Assembly: GCF_963921235.1 (NCBI RefSeq)
Contig: NC_086097.1
Location: forward strand, 125,056,001-125,120,000
DNA: 64,000 bases
Source: Mobula hypostoma
Lineage: Eukaryota
Reading direction: 5' to 3'
Below the pieces are notes generated by a model that searched no databases, was not told the origin of the DNA, and saw nothing but the letters and a program-made list of their open reading frames with translations. Shown here one piece after another: positions 13,275 through 23,942 of this stretch; position 1 is the first letter of the stretch; every line of letters begins with the position of its first letter. Position numbers and translations under genes: made by a program.

Positions 13275-13288
13275 TGGTGACCCCGACG
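13275..13288 (+). promoter_or_regulatory. Primer binding site, tRNA-Trp type
   Basis: TGGTGACCCCGACG lies 2 nt after the LTR and matches the first 14 nt of the tRNA-Trp PBS known from avian sarcoma/leukosis viruses (TGGTGACCCCGACGTGAT). Confidence 0.85.
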
Positions 13289-13312
13289 GCCCAAACGATA
13301 TTTGGACCAGAG

Positions 13313-13987
13313 ATGACCGACGCTGCATCTGTTCACGCAGTTTCGTTAAAACTGCCAAGCTTCTGGACGCTGCGACCCCATTTATGGTTCGAACAAGCAG
13401 AAGCACAATTCCACATTCGGCAGATAACCTCGGAGTCCACTCGCTACTACTACGTGCTGAGCTCCCTTGACCAGGAGACTGCTGCACAAGTTGAGGAGTT
13501 TATACAGTCGCCCCCGGAGGACGGCAAATACACAGCATTCAAAGCCCTGCTCATAAGGACTTTCGGACTCTCACAGCGCGAACGAGCACGCCGCTTAATG
13601 CACCTGGATGGTTTGGAAGACAGGCCGCCGTCAGCATTAATGAACGAGATGCTGGCCCTGGTTGAAGGACACAAACCCTGCCTCATGTTTGAGCAGGCGT
13701 TCCTAGAGCAACTGCTCGAGGACATATGCCTGCTGCTGTCCGACGCAGATTTCAGCAACCCCCGGGAGGTGGCGGCCCGAGCAGATGTGCTGTGGAATGC
13801 CAGGAAAGAGAGAGAGGCGCCCCTCGCACAGATCACCAAGCCGCGTGCCCAAAGGCAGACCAGACCAGGCCCAGCAGCAGAGCCCAATGAACAATGGTGT
13901 TTCTACCACCAGTGGTGGGGCACAGAGGCCCGCCGCTGCAGACCACCCTGCAAATTCCCGGAAAACACCAGGGCCAGCCGCCACTGA
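13313..13987 (+). CDS. gag: Gag-like protein (224 aa) with CHCC zinc-knuckle variant
   Basis: Open frame MTDAASVHAVSLKLPSFW...WFEQAEAQF...; C-terminal WCFYHQWWGTEARRCRPPC. Confidence 0.85.
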   Translation: MTDAASVHAVSLKLPSFWTLRPHLWFEQAEAQFHIRQITSESTRYYYVLSSLDQETAAQVEEFIQSPPEDGKYTAFKALLIRTFGLSQRERARRLMHLDGLEDRPPSALMNEMLALVEGHKPCLMFEQAFLEQLLEDICLLLSDADFSNPREVAARADVLWNARKEREAPLAQITKPRAQRQTRPGPAAEPNEQWCFYHQWWGTEARRCRPPCKFPENTRASRH

Positions 13988-16900
13988 TGGCTATGGCGGC
14001 TGGCCATCAGGACAACCTCCTGTACGTCTGGGACAAGCAGTCGGGACGCCGCTTTTTGGTCGACACCGGAGCGGAGATCAGCGTCTTACCTCCAACGAGT
14101 TATGATACCTGCAACAGAGAACCGGGACCCACCCTGAGGGCCGCAAATGGCAGCACAATATGAACCTACGGCACCCGCACGGTGCGGTTACAGTTCAGCT
14201 CCAGCCGGTTCACGTGGGACTTCACACTGGCCGCCGTGGCCCAACCACTGCTGGGGACAGATTTTCTATGAGCCCACAGCCTGCTGGTCGACCTGCAAGG
14301 GAAGCGATTAGTCCACGCCAAGACTTTTCAAACGTTCTCCCTGGGTGAAGCACAGTTGCCAGCCTCACACCTGGACTCCATCACGCTGTCCGACGATGAA
14401 TTTACCAGGGTCCTGGCGGATTTCCCATCAGTACTGACACCGCAGTTCACGGCAGCCATGCCCAGACACGGAGTACAGCACCACATCCCGACCCAGGGAC
14501 CACCCCTCCACGCCCGTGCTCGAAGGCTTCCCCCGGACAAGCTCCGACTGGCGAAGGAGGAGTTCAAGAAGATGGAGGAATTAGGGATCATACGACGGTC
14601 CGACAGCCCATGGGCCTCCCCCCTTCACATGGTGCCCAAGGCAACAGGGGGCTGGAGACCATGCGGTGACTACCGCAGACTGAACGAGGCTACAACGCCA
14701 GACCGCTACCCTGTGCCGCACATTCAAGACTTCGCAGCAAACCTACACGGCGCAAGGATCTTTTCCAAGGTAGACCTCGTCCAGGGATACCATCAAATCC
14801 CTGTACATCCGGACGACATCCCCAAAACAGCACTTATCACCCCGTTTGGACTTTTCGAATTTCTCCGAATGCCGTTTGGTCTAAAGAATGCCGCACAGAC
14901 TTTCCAGCGGCTAATGGACGCGGTGGGACGCGACCTGGACTTTGCATTCATCTATTTGGACGACATCCTCATAGCCAGCAGTAGTCGGCAGGAGGATCTG
15001 TCCCACCTCCGCCAGCTCTACTCCAGCCTGAGTGAATTCGGTCTTTCAATCAATCCAGCCAAATGCCAGTTCGGACTTGACACCATCGACTTCCTGGGCC
15101 ACAGGATTACTAAAGACGGGGCAACCCCGCCGCCCGCCAAGGTAGACGCGGTCCGCCACTTCCCCCGACCCAAAACAATCAAAGGCTTGCAGGAATTCGT
15201 GGGTATGGTGAATTTCTACCGCCGTTTCCTCCCCTCAGCAGCCCGAACCATGCGCCCCCTGTTCACCCTGATGTCGGGTAAGGGCAAGGACATTACCTGG
15301 GACGAAGAGGCAGCAACCGCTTTCGTTAAAACCAAATAAGCCTTAGCAAACGCCGTGATGCTAGTGCACCCCAGAACGGACGTTCCTACTGCCCTCACGG
15401 TGGACGCATCCAACACAGCGGTCGGTGGAGTGCTGGAACAACTCATCGAGGGTCGCTGGCAACCCCTGGCGTTCTTCAGCAAACACCTACGACCACCCGA
15501 ACTCAATTACAGTGCTTTCGACTGGGAGCTATTGGCACTATACCTGGCAATCCGGTATTTCAGGTACTTCTTAGAAGCTAGGCCCTTCACCGCGTTCACT
15601 GACCACAAACCGCTTACCTTTGCATTCACTAAGGTGTCCGACCCCTGGTCGTCCCGCCAGCAGCGACATCTGTCCTACATCTCCGAGTACACGACGGACA
15701 TCCGGCATGTCTCTGGAAAGAACAACGTCGTGGCGGACGCACTATCCAGACCTACCATACAGGCCCTGTCCCAGGGGGTGGACTATGCAGCGCTGGCAGA
15801 GGCACAGCAGGCAGACACTGAGATCCCCAGTTACAGGACTGCAGTCTCCGGTTTGCAGCTTCAAGACCTCCCCGTAGGCCCAGGTGAGAGGACCCTACTT
15901 TGTGACGTAGCTACCGGCCAACCCCGCCCCGTCGTCCCAGCAGCCTGGCGCCGGCGGGTTTTCGAGTCCATTCACAACTTAGCGCACCCCTCCATCAGGA
16001 CAACTGTCCAGCTGGTCTCCAACAGGTTCGTGTGGCATGGACTTCGTAAGCAGGTCAGTGAATGGGCCAAAACGTGTATGCAGTGCCAAACGGCCAAGGT
16101 GCAGCGGTACACCAAGGCTCCGCCACAGCGGTTCGAACCCACCCGCCGGAGGTTCGACCACATCCATGTGGATATCGTGGGGCCCCTGCCAGTGTCACGA
16201 GGAGCGCGGTACCTCCTAACTATGATAGACCGGTTCACCAGATGGCCAGAGGCAGTCCCGCTCACCGACACCACCTCCGAATCCTGCGCCCGAGCACTGA
16301 TCGCAACCTGGATAGCACGCTTCGGGGTACCGGCCCACATTACCTCCGACAGGGGCGCCCAGTTCACCTCCAGCCTGTGGCGGCTATGGCCAGCCTTTTA
16401 GGAACACAGCTACACCACAAAACTGCCTACCACCCACAGTCGAACGGACTAGTGGAGCGCTTCCACCGTCACCTGAAATCGGCTCTCATGACCCGCCTGG
16501 AGGGGCCTAACTGGGTGGACGAACTTCCCTGGGTCCTGCTCGGAATCCGCACGGCGCCCAAGGAAGATCTGCACACCTCGTCGGCCGAGTTGGTGTACGG
16601 CGTGCCCCTGGTCGTCCCAGGAGAGTTCATACCAGCCCCAAGGGGGCAAGAGGAAGAGCCCACAGCAGTCCTGAACAGACTACGGGAGAGGCTCGGTAAC
16701 CTGGCCCCCATCCCCACTTCACAGCACGGACAGAGCCCAACCTGCGTACCCAAAGACCTGCAGAACTGTAAGTTTCTTTTTGTACGACGGGGCGGACACC
16801 GGGCACCGCTACAGCGGCCCTACAAGGGACCGTTTAAGGTGGTCAGGAACAATGGGTCCACGTTCGTGCTGGACATTGGGGGGAGAGAGAGGAGGTTTTC

Positions 16901-17050
16901 ACGGTGGACCGACTCAAACCGGCCCATGTGGACTTGGCACAACCGGTCCAGGCTCAGGCACCGCGACGCAGGGGCAGACCTCCCAAACAGAGGCTGATCC
17001 AGACTGTGGACATTGGGGGAGGTATCGCCAGTTCTGGGGGGGGCGGGGGG
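13987..17050 (+). pseudogene. pol: pol (protease-RT-RNase H-integrase), disrupted
   Basis: [40 protein letters not shown]-like H..AHP...C..CQ, HVDIVGPL, TSDRGAQF, NGLVERFHR. In-frame stops at 14161, 14269 and 15337; frameshifts near 16380 and 16885. Confidence 0.93.
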
Positions 17051-17054
17051 GTTA

Positions 17055-17340
17055 TGTGGCGACCCACTTTCTGGCACACACGAACCTGCTCACAACAGCA
17101 CACGCAGGCAGAGGGCCGGCAGCAAAAAGGGCACCAGGCCATCTTCACCAGCAGGGGGAAAATCCCGCGAGCAGAAAGGGTCTGGGAATATGCATTCCCC
17201 ACAGCAGTCCCGCCCCAGGGAGGGCGGGAACGGGAAGGCTTTAAAGCGGGCCGCGAAGTTTGAATAAATCTCTTTCATCGCAACTCTAACTCACCGACTC
17301 CGTGTGGTTATTCTAGCGCTGTGTGTAGCACATCGCTACA
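17055..17340 (+). repeat. 3' LTR (286 bp) preceded by a G-rich PPT
   Basis: Direct repeat of 13002-13272; G-run at 17036-17051. Confidence 0.97.
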
Positions 17341-17629
17341 ACAACATCATAATTCCATATATTGATCCATGTTCTAATCATCACCTATACTCATAATACT
17401 TCAAGAATTAGTATACACACACTTCAAACTATCCATCGTATCCTATCTATTACTTTGCTCCTGCCTGTTTTTACTGGCCCTGACCTCTAACTTCCTCTCC
17501 CTCCCTCCACTTTCCGGCCTGGTGCTCTGATTCCTATCCCCCGCCAAACAAGTTTAAACCCTCCTGAGTAATACAAGTGAAACTCCCAGCCGGTATATTG
17601 GTTCCCCTCCAGTTCAGGTGCTACCAATC

Positions 17630-17850
17630 TGATGCACTATCAATTGCTCCAAAAGACTGAAAGTAGGGTAAATACTGAAAGGCTTTTACTAACAGTAAAA
17701 TGGGTCCTCGTCCGTGCTGTGTCTGTCCTGGACCGAGGGAGGAGCAGTGCCTTTATTCAGGGGTCTGTGGGGGGAGCCACAGGAGCAGTCAGCAGAGAGG
17801 CGTGTCCAGACAGGTAACCCAGTTACAACCTATATACATGGTTTACCACA
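17630..17850 (-). mobile_element. Short solo LTR (221 bp)
   Basis: TG...CA termini; imperfect 5-bp TSD CAATC/CTATC; the CR1 sequence resumes on both sides. Confidence 0.7.
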
Positions 17851-18823
17851 CTATCCCTCTTGTACAGGTCACCCCTGCCCCAGAAGAGGTTCCAATGATC
17901 TAAGAACATGAACCCCTGCCCATTGTACTAGTTCCTTGGCCACTCATTCATCTGTATAATCATCCTATTACTACCCTGCCCAGCACGTGGCACCAAGAGT
18001 AATCCAGTGATTACTACCTTAGAGGTTGTGCTCTTCAGTCCCTTCCCTAACTCCTTGTACTCACTGCACAAGACCTCTTCTCCCTCTCTACCGATGTCAT
18101 TGGTGCCAATGTGCACCTGCAGCTGTGGACGCTCATCCTCCCCTCCAGGATACTTTGCAGCCACTCGGAGACAACCTGGTCCCTAGCACCTGAGAGGAAA
18201 CACACCGTCCTGGCATCTCTTTCTTGGCGACAGAATCTCCTATCCGTCCTTCTAATTATCGCTCTGCCTGACTTTATCCTTCCTTGCTCAGCATCAGAGC
18301 CGGCTACAGTGCCATTGGCCCAGCAGCTGCTGCTGTGCCCTGATAGCCCATTCCCTCAGCAGTATCCAGTAGGGTATAATTGTTGCTGAGGGGAATGACC
18401 ACAGGGGAGGCCTTCACTTACCTCTCTGAATCATTCGAGTCATTCTTGCTGTGGACATTCAGTTTCACTCCATAATTATCACTATATTCACATCGGTACA
18501 TACATAATAATTAGGAACATCCCTTTTCTCTCAACAATATGTCCAAATGTTACATATAAAATCAGTGTGTATTTAAGGCAGGAAGCAGGGCCAACCAGCT
18601 CTAAACTGGAACATTGAATTCAATTTTTCATTTTCAAATTATTCTGGCCTTCACAAACATAATTTATATTTTAAATCAAAAGAAACTGTGCCTTTGTAAT
18701 TATTCATTGGATGGGAGATTTCAAACAAAGAACGCCTACTTATTGAATAATTTACCCCTCAGTCAGATTTGACTGTATTATTTTCTGACTGGAACAGGAA
18801 TTAACATTGTATGCTGATGAAGA

Positions 18824-18837
18824 GTTGCCATGGTAAC
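18824..18837. promoter_or_regulatory. RFX X-box motif
   Basis: GTTGCCATGGTAAC matches the near-palindromic consensus GTTRCCATGGYAAC and lies in non-repetitive sequence. Confidence 0.45.
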
Positions 18838-18966
18838 CACATCTTTTCAGGTGGATGGTGTACTTTCCAAACAGATCTTCATTGTTCAAGAGCATCTACA
18901 GAGGTCAAGAGCAGCAATAAGGTGGAGTGAGGCCGTTGGCATCTTGTTATGGTGGGACGACTAGAA

Positions 18967-19571
18967 CAGTGGTTCTCAACGTGGGCCATATGGACCCCAG
19001 GGCGGGGGGGGGGGGCCACAAGTTAAAAACAAGAAACTGGGGGCCAAGGAGATTCTGAATGGGCCATGATAAATTTACAGTTTAAATGAAAAATCACTAA
19101 AATATATAAATAAAAATGAATATATGTAATTCAATTGGAACCCTGAATGGGAAATGAACAGGAAAATATACTAGGTGATGCAAATGAGGCAACAAAACAT
19201 CTTCGACTGTGTGTTTGTGGAGGGTGGGGGGCGGAGGGAAGGGTGTGGCACATCAATTATTACCCCTGCTCCTGCCTGACTGCACACAAATCACCTTTCA
19301 CACCCTGCAGGGTGGCCTGCTCCACATCTACCCCAAAATCACAAACGGCAGACTGGGCAGAAAATATAATGGCTCGTGCAACTAATGGTGCTGCTTTGAT
19401 GGCAGAAAGATAGAGGATTCATGACACATTTTAAAAATCCTGTGCCTGATGTTTTTTTGCATACACTGTGACATCCACTGTCAATATTTGGTTGCTAAAT
19501 GTGGGTGGGGGCCTCAGAGGTAAATGGAAGTCTAAAGTTGGCCAGGAGCAGAAAAAGGTTGGGAACCACTG
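18967..19571. mobile_element. Non-autonomous hAT (Charlie-like) DNA transposon
   Basis: TIRs CAGTGGTTCTCAAC / GTTGGGAACCACTG; 8-bp TSD GACTAGAA/GACTAGGA. Confidence 0.85.
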
Positions 19572-20678
19572 GACTAGGACAAGAAGTTCTAACTGTCAGC
19601 ATATTATTTGCATATCCATAGAAAAATATTTGAAATTTCCATTAGGGTGTAGGTAGATAGGACGTATCAATCCTCAGCTTATATTCTGGTGTATTTCACA
19701 TAAAGTGCAAATGTAATCATACGCTCAGTAGGTACTTTAGTAGTTACGGCCCAAAGAGGCCACTGGGTGTATGTTCATGGTCTTCTACTTCTGTAGCCCA
19801 TCCACTTCAGGATCTCACGTGCTGTGCACTTAGAGATGTTCTTCTGCATGCCACTGTTGTTATGCATGGTTATTTGAGTTACTGTCGCCTTCCTGCCTTC
19901 CTGTCAGCTTGAACCAGTCTGGCCATTCTCCTCTGACCTCTCTCATTAACAGGGCATTTTCGTCCACAGACTGGCACTTACTGGATGTTTTTACTTTGTT
20001 TTTGCACCATTCTCTGTAAACTCTAGAAACTGTGGTGGGTGAAGATCCCAGGTGTCAGCAGTTTCTGAGATACTCAAACCTCCCTGTGCAATTGGATCCT
20101 CGATTTCCTCACTTGCAGACCCCAGACAGTGTGGATGGGCAACAACATCTCCTCCACAATCTCCATCAGCACAGGTACACCACAGGCTGTGTGCCTAGCC
20201 CCCCTGTTCGACTCGCTTTATACTTATGACTGTGAAGCTAAACACAGCTCCAATGCCTTATTAAGTTTGTTGACAACATCACTGTCGTTGGCCAAATCAG
20301 AGGTGGTGATGCATCAGCATAAAGGAGGAAGATTGAAAATCTGGCTGGGTGGTGCCACAACAACGAGCAGCTGATTATTGAGTTCAGGAGGAGGAAACCA
20401 GAGGTCCACGAGCCAGGTCTCATTGAGGGATCAAAGGTGGGGAATATCAGCAACGTTAAATTCCTCTGTGTTATCATTTCATTGGATCTGTCTTGCACAT
20501 AAATACAATTCTGAAGAAAACACGGCAGCACATCTAACACCTTAGGAGATTGTGAAGATACGCTATGACATCTAAAACTTGAGAAGCATTCTAAAGATGT
20601 GTGGTGCAGAGTATATTGACAGGTTGCATCATGGCCTGATATGGAAACATCAATGCCCTTGAATTGAATGGAAGATCC

Positions 20679-22037
20679 TACCACAGTGGGGTGCTGGGAA
20701 CAGACCCAAATGCAAGACACAGACACGGAAGTACCAGGAACAGGACTTGACTAGAGTAGGGACGTGACAGGATTCAGACCAGGAGCAGGGACAAGAACGC
20801 AGACTAGGGCTAGGGAAAGCGGGACCAGGTCTAGAAACCATGGACTAAGAGGCAAGGCTATGACTCCGAGCCCTAGACTGGACACGGACCCAGAAGCTGG
20901 GTCTTGCATTGGGCTCAGACCCCAGAACCAGGCAAGGACATGACATGGCTTCAGGCTGGGGTCTAGGGTCTTGAGCTAGGCTTGGGATCCTCGAGGCTTG
21001 GGTTCTTGGAGCTTGATCGCGGGATCCTCGACTCTTGGGTTCTTGGAGCTTGGCCGCGGGATACTCGGGGCTTGGGTTCTTGGAGTTTGGCCGCGGGATC
21101 CTCGAGGCTTGGGTTCTTGGAGCTTGGCCGCGGGATCCTCGAGGCTTGGGTTCTTGGAGCTTGGCCGCGGGATGCTCGGGGCTTGGGTTCTTGGAGCTTG
21201 GCCGCGGGATCCTCGAGGCTTGGGTTCTTGGAGCTTGGCCGCGGGATCCTCGAGGCTTGGGATACAGAGGTTGATAACTCGGAAGCTGGAGCTCGGAGAC
21301 AGACTGGGAACTGTACATCAACAGAGAGCCGGGACTTATCCTTCAAAAAGCCGGGACTCATCTTTAACTCGACACTAACATGAGACTGGACAGTACATAG
21401 ACATAGAGCCGAGATTCAACCTCTCCACACCAAGGTGGGACAGATCCACCTGTTGGGTAACAGCAGAACAGCCAGACTTACCCAACAGAGGCAAAGACAA
21501 GACATGTCCCCCCCCCCCCACCCGCAGGGCAACGGCAAAACAGCCTGATTTACCCCACAGAGGCAAGGACAAGGAAGGACAAACACCAAGGAACAACAGA
21601 CAGTTCCATCTCTGCTCCAGGGTAGCCCCAAGTCTCAGTTCAGCCAGCAACCTCAGCTGGCTACGGAAACAGCTGGATCTCTACCTAGCTCAGAGTGGCT
21701 GGCAGCCACTCAGCTGGCCCAGGAAACAGCCAAATCCATACCACAAGAACAGCTCCAACTACCAACAATAAGGCTCCAGGAAACAATGGTTCTCCAACAC
21801 AGCCTAAAGATGACCAGTGGCCACTCTAGCCTTCCACCAGCAGGTCGCTCCAAGGGGGACTGACAAGACAAACCAGCAGCCCATACCAACCCCAAGGCTA
21901 CTTATTTTCCAAGCCTCAAGATGGGAATCAGGTGCCTATGATTAACTCAATCAAGGGACAGCTGGAAGACCCGGAGTCCTGAGACCACGGACTGGACCAT
22001 GAACTGGAATACGGACTTCATGGACCAGACCATGACA
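20679..22037 (-). mobile_element. Long solo-LTR-like insertion (about 1.36 kb) containing a minisatellite
   Basis: Interrupts the LINE at GAAGATCC...ACAAGAGGTAGTGG; right end CATGACA (TGTCATG on minus); left end degenerate; no coding domains. Confidence 0.6.
20984..21261. repeat. 37-bp minisatellite, 7.5 copies
   Basis: Unit GGGATCCTCGAGGCTTGGGTTCTTGGAGCTTGGCCGC starting at 20984, 21021, 21058, 21095, 21132, 21169, 21206 and 21243 (partial). Confidence 0.97.
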
Positions 22038-22486
22038 ACAAGAGGTAGTGGATGCAGTCCAGATCATCACGGTTAAAGCCTTGCCCCACCATTGAGCACA
22101 TGGAGCATTGTTGCAGCAAAAGCAACATTTGTCCATCATCAAGGACCTTCACTACCCTGGTCATGCTCTCTCCTTGCTGCTGTCATCAGGAGGAAGTACA
22201 GGAGCCACAGGACTCACATGACCAGGTTCAGAAACAGTTATTACTCCTCAGCCATCAGGCTCTTGAACCAGAGAAGATAACTTCACTCAACTTCACTTGC
22301 CCCATCACTGAACTGTTCCCACAACCTATGGACTCACTTTCAAGGACTGTTCATCTTTTGTTCTCAATATTCCTTGCTTATTTAATGATTTTTTTTTGTC
22401 TCTTTTGTATTTGCAGTTTGTTGTCTTGTACAATCGTTGTATGTCTTGTTGGGTATGATCTTTAATTTGAATCTGTTGTGTTTATT

Positions 22487-22808
22487 CCTCCAAGAGGACC
22501 ACAGTTGTATCAAATGGTTTGGAGGCCTGTGTGCCTCAATGACCCAGAGAAGGATGTTGGCTGGAGTCAGAGCCTTGTGACTTGGCTGTTGTTTGGTTCA
22601 CCTATGCCAACTGGGTCAAAGGGTAGAGGCCAGACCAAGAGTGGTCCATTGGTCCTCCAGGTTTGGGGGTTCAGTTCAGGCCTAGCAACCCTGACTGGTC
22701 TAAAAAATGTTACGGAAACAGCAATGAAGAACCCTTCTATATCTCTGTGCAACAGAGATAGAGGACCTTCATTCCTGCCCTAAATGCCAGCTGCATAACA
22801 GACAATAA
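22487..22808 (+). mobile_element. Short non-autonomous RTE-derived element (Expander/Rex3-like 5' region)
   Basis: Homologous to 29093-29408; CAATGACCC...TCACC...GGTCAAAGGGTAGAGGCCAGAC...CTAGCAACCC motifs; flanked by TTGTGTTTATT/TTGTGTTTCTT. Confidence 0.55.
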
Positions 22809-23129
22809 TTATTGTGTTTCTTGGATTTACTGTGTATGCCTGCAAGAAAATGAATTTCAGGGTTGTGTATGGTGATATATATGTACTTTGAGAATAAATT
22901 TACTTTAAACTTTGAACCCTGTATGGCAATGACCACGGTCAAAGTCACTTAGATCACATTTCTTCCTCATTCTGATGTTTAGTTTGAACAAAAACTGAAC
23001 CTCTTGACCATGTCAGCATGCTTTTATGCATTGAGCTCCTGCCACATGATTGGCGATTAGATATTTGCATTAACGAGCAGGTGTACAAGTGTGCCTAATA
23101 ATGTGGCCATTGAATGTACATGTAGTTCT

Positions 23130-23540
23130 CATTGCTAATCAGGGATTATTCACAGCTGCAGTAAGGGAGCCTATTGTAGATGTTGAGGGTGGAAGTCAGA
23201 AACCGGAAGGAAACAATCATTCTAAAGGGAGTATTCTATAGACTCCCTAATAGCCTCCAAGATGCTGAGGAGTGGAAAACTAGGCAGCTTTTGGAGAGTT
23301 ACAAAAATGATAGGGTTGTTATCATGAATGGCTTCAACTTCCAAAATATTGATTGGCACCTCCTTAGTGCAAAAGGTTTAGGTAGGGCAGAATTTGGTAA
23401 GTGTGTCCAGGAAGGATTCCTAACAAAATATGTGGACAGGCCAACTAGAGGAGAGGCCATACAGGATCTAGTATTAGACAATTGACCTAGTCAGGTGACA
23501 GACCTCTAATGGGTGAGCATTTTGGAGATAGTGACCACAA
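23130..23540 (+). mobile_element. CR1 ORF2 endonuclease fragment
   Basis: GVFYRLPNS...VVIMNGFNFQNIDW...YVDRPTRGEAIQDLVL. Confidence 0.8.
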
Positions 23541-23942
23541 CGCTTGACCTGGAACATCTGGACAATAAAGACACCTACGTCAGACTGTTGTTTATTGACT
23601 ACAGTTCTGTCTTCAATAGTATAATTCCAAACAAAGTCATCACCAAACACTGGGCTCCGGGAGTCAGTGACTCTCTCTGCATTGGATCCATGACTTCCTG
23701 ACCAATAGACAGTAATCAGTAATGATACTAAGCAACATGCCCTCACTACAATTATTCTAAATAATGGTACTCCACAAGGTTTCATCCTTATTCTCCTATT
23801 CTGCTCCCTATACACTCATGGCTGTTGGCCAGATTCTGCTCTATCTCCATCTACGAGATTGCAGATGATACCATCTCAATGGTTCATATCTCAAATAACG
23901 ATGGTAAGGAGCACAGGAAGGAGGTAGAGAGCTTAGTGACAT

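Larger units (their letters stand above)
13002..17340 (+). mobile_element. Full-length Ty3/Gypsy LTR retrotransposon, CsRn1-like clade; pol inactivated
   Basis: Two LTRs TGTGGCGA...TCGCTACA; ACAA TSD at 12998-13001 and 17341-17344; PBS; PPT; domain order gag-PR-RT-RH-IN. Confidence 0.97.
12600..18420 (-). mobile_element. Old CR1 LINE 5' region (ORF1 SGNH esterase and ORF2 endonuclease remnants), interrupted by the Gypsy provirus and a solo LTR
   Basis: ORF 17928-18164 VHIGTNDIGR...VVITGLLLVP (esterase-type ORF1); ORF 12747-12950 GVALLIRDNI...GLYYRP...VMVDFNFPNI (APE endonuclease). Confidence 0.75.
20081..22916 (+). mobile_element. 5'-truncated Rex1/Babar LINE, itself interrupted twice
   Basis: [41 protein letters not shown]; 3' tail AATAAATTTACTTTAAACTTTGAAC. 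Confidence 0.75.
19722..23116 (-). mobile_element. Tc1-like non-autonomous transposon split by nested insertions (own parts about 19722-20080 and 22917-23116)
   Basis: TA-flanked degenerate TIRs (CGCTCAGTAGGTACTTTAGTAG ... CCTAATAATGTGGCCATTGAATG); body matches the copies at 31163-31776 and 44563-45140. Confidence 0.8.

Noticed and set aside
13450..17278. Antisense and alternate-frame ORFs within the Gypsy element
   Set aside because: Expected shadows of a GC-rich coding region; no independent motifs.
20984..21261. CRISPR-like array or cloning polylinker (SacII-BamHI-XhoI sites)
   Set aside because: Units are head-to-tail with no unique spacers and no cas genes. They carry scattered substitutions and sit inside a genomic LTR, so this is a natural minisatellite.
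20845..21383. Five overlapping 79-158 aa ORFs with repeating peptides
   Set aside because: By-product of a stop-free tandem repeat; no sign of coding function.
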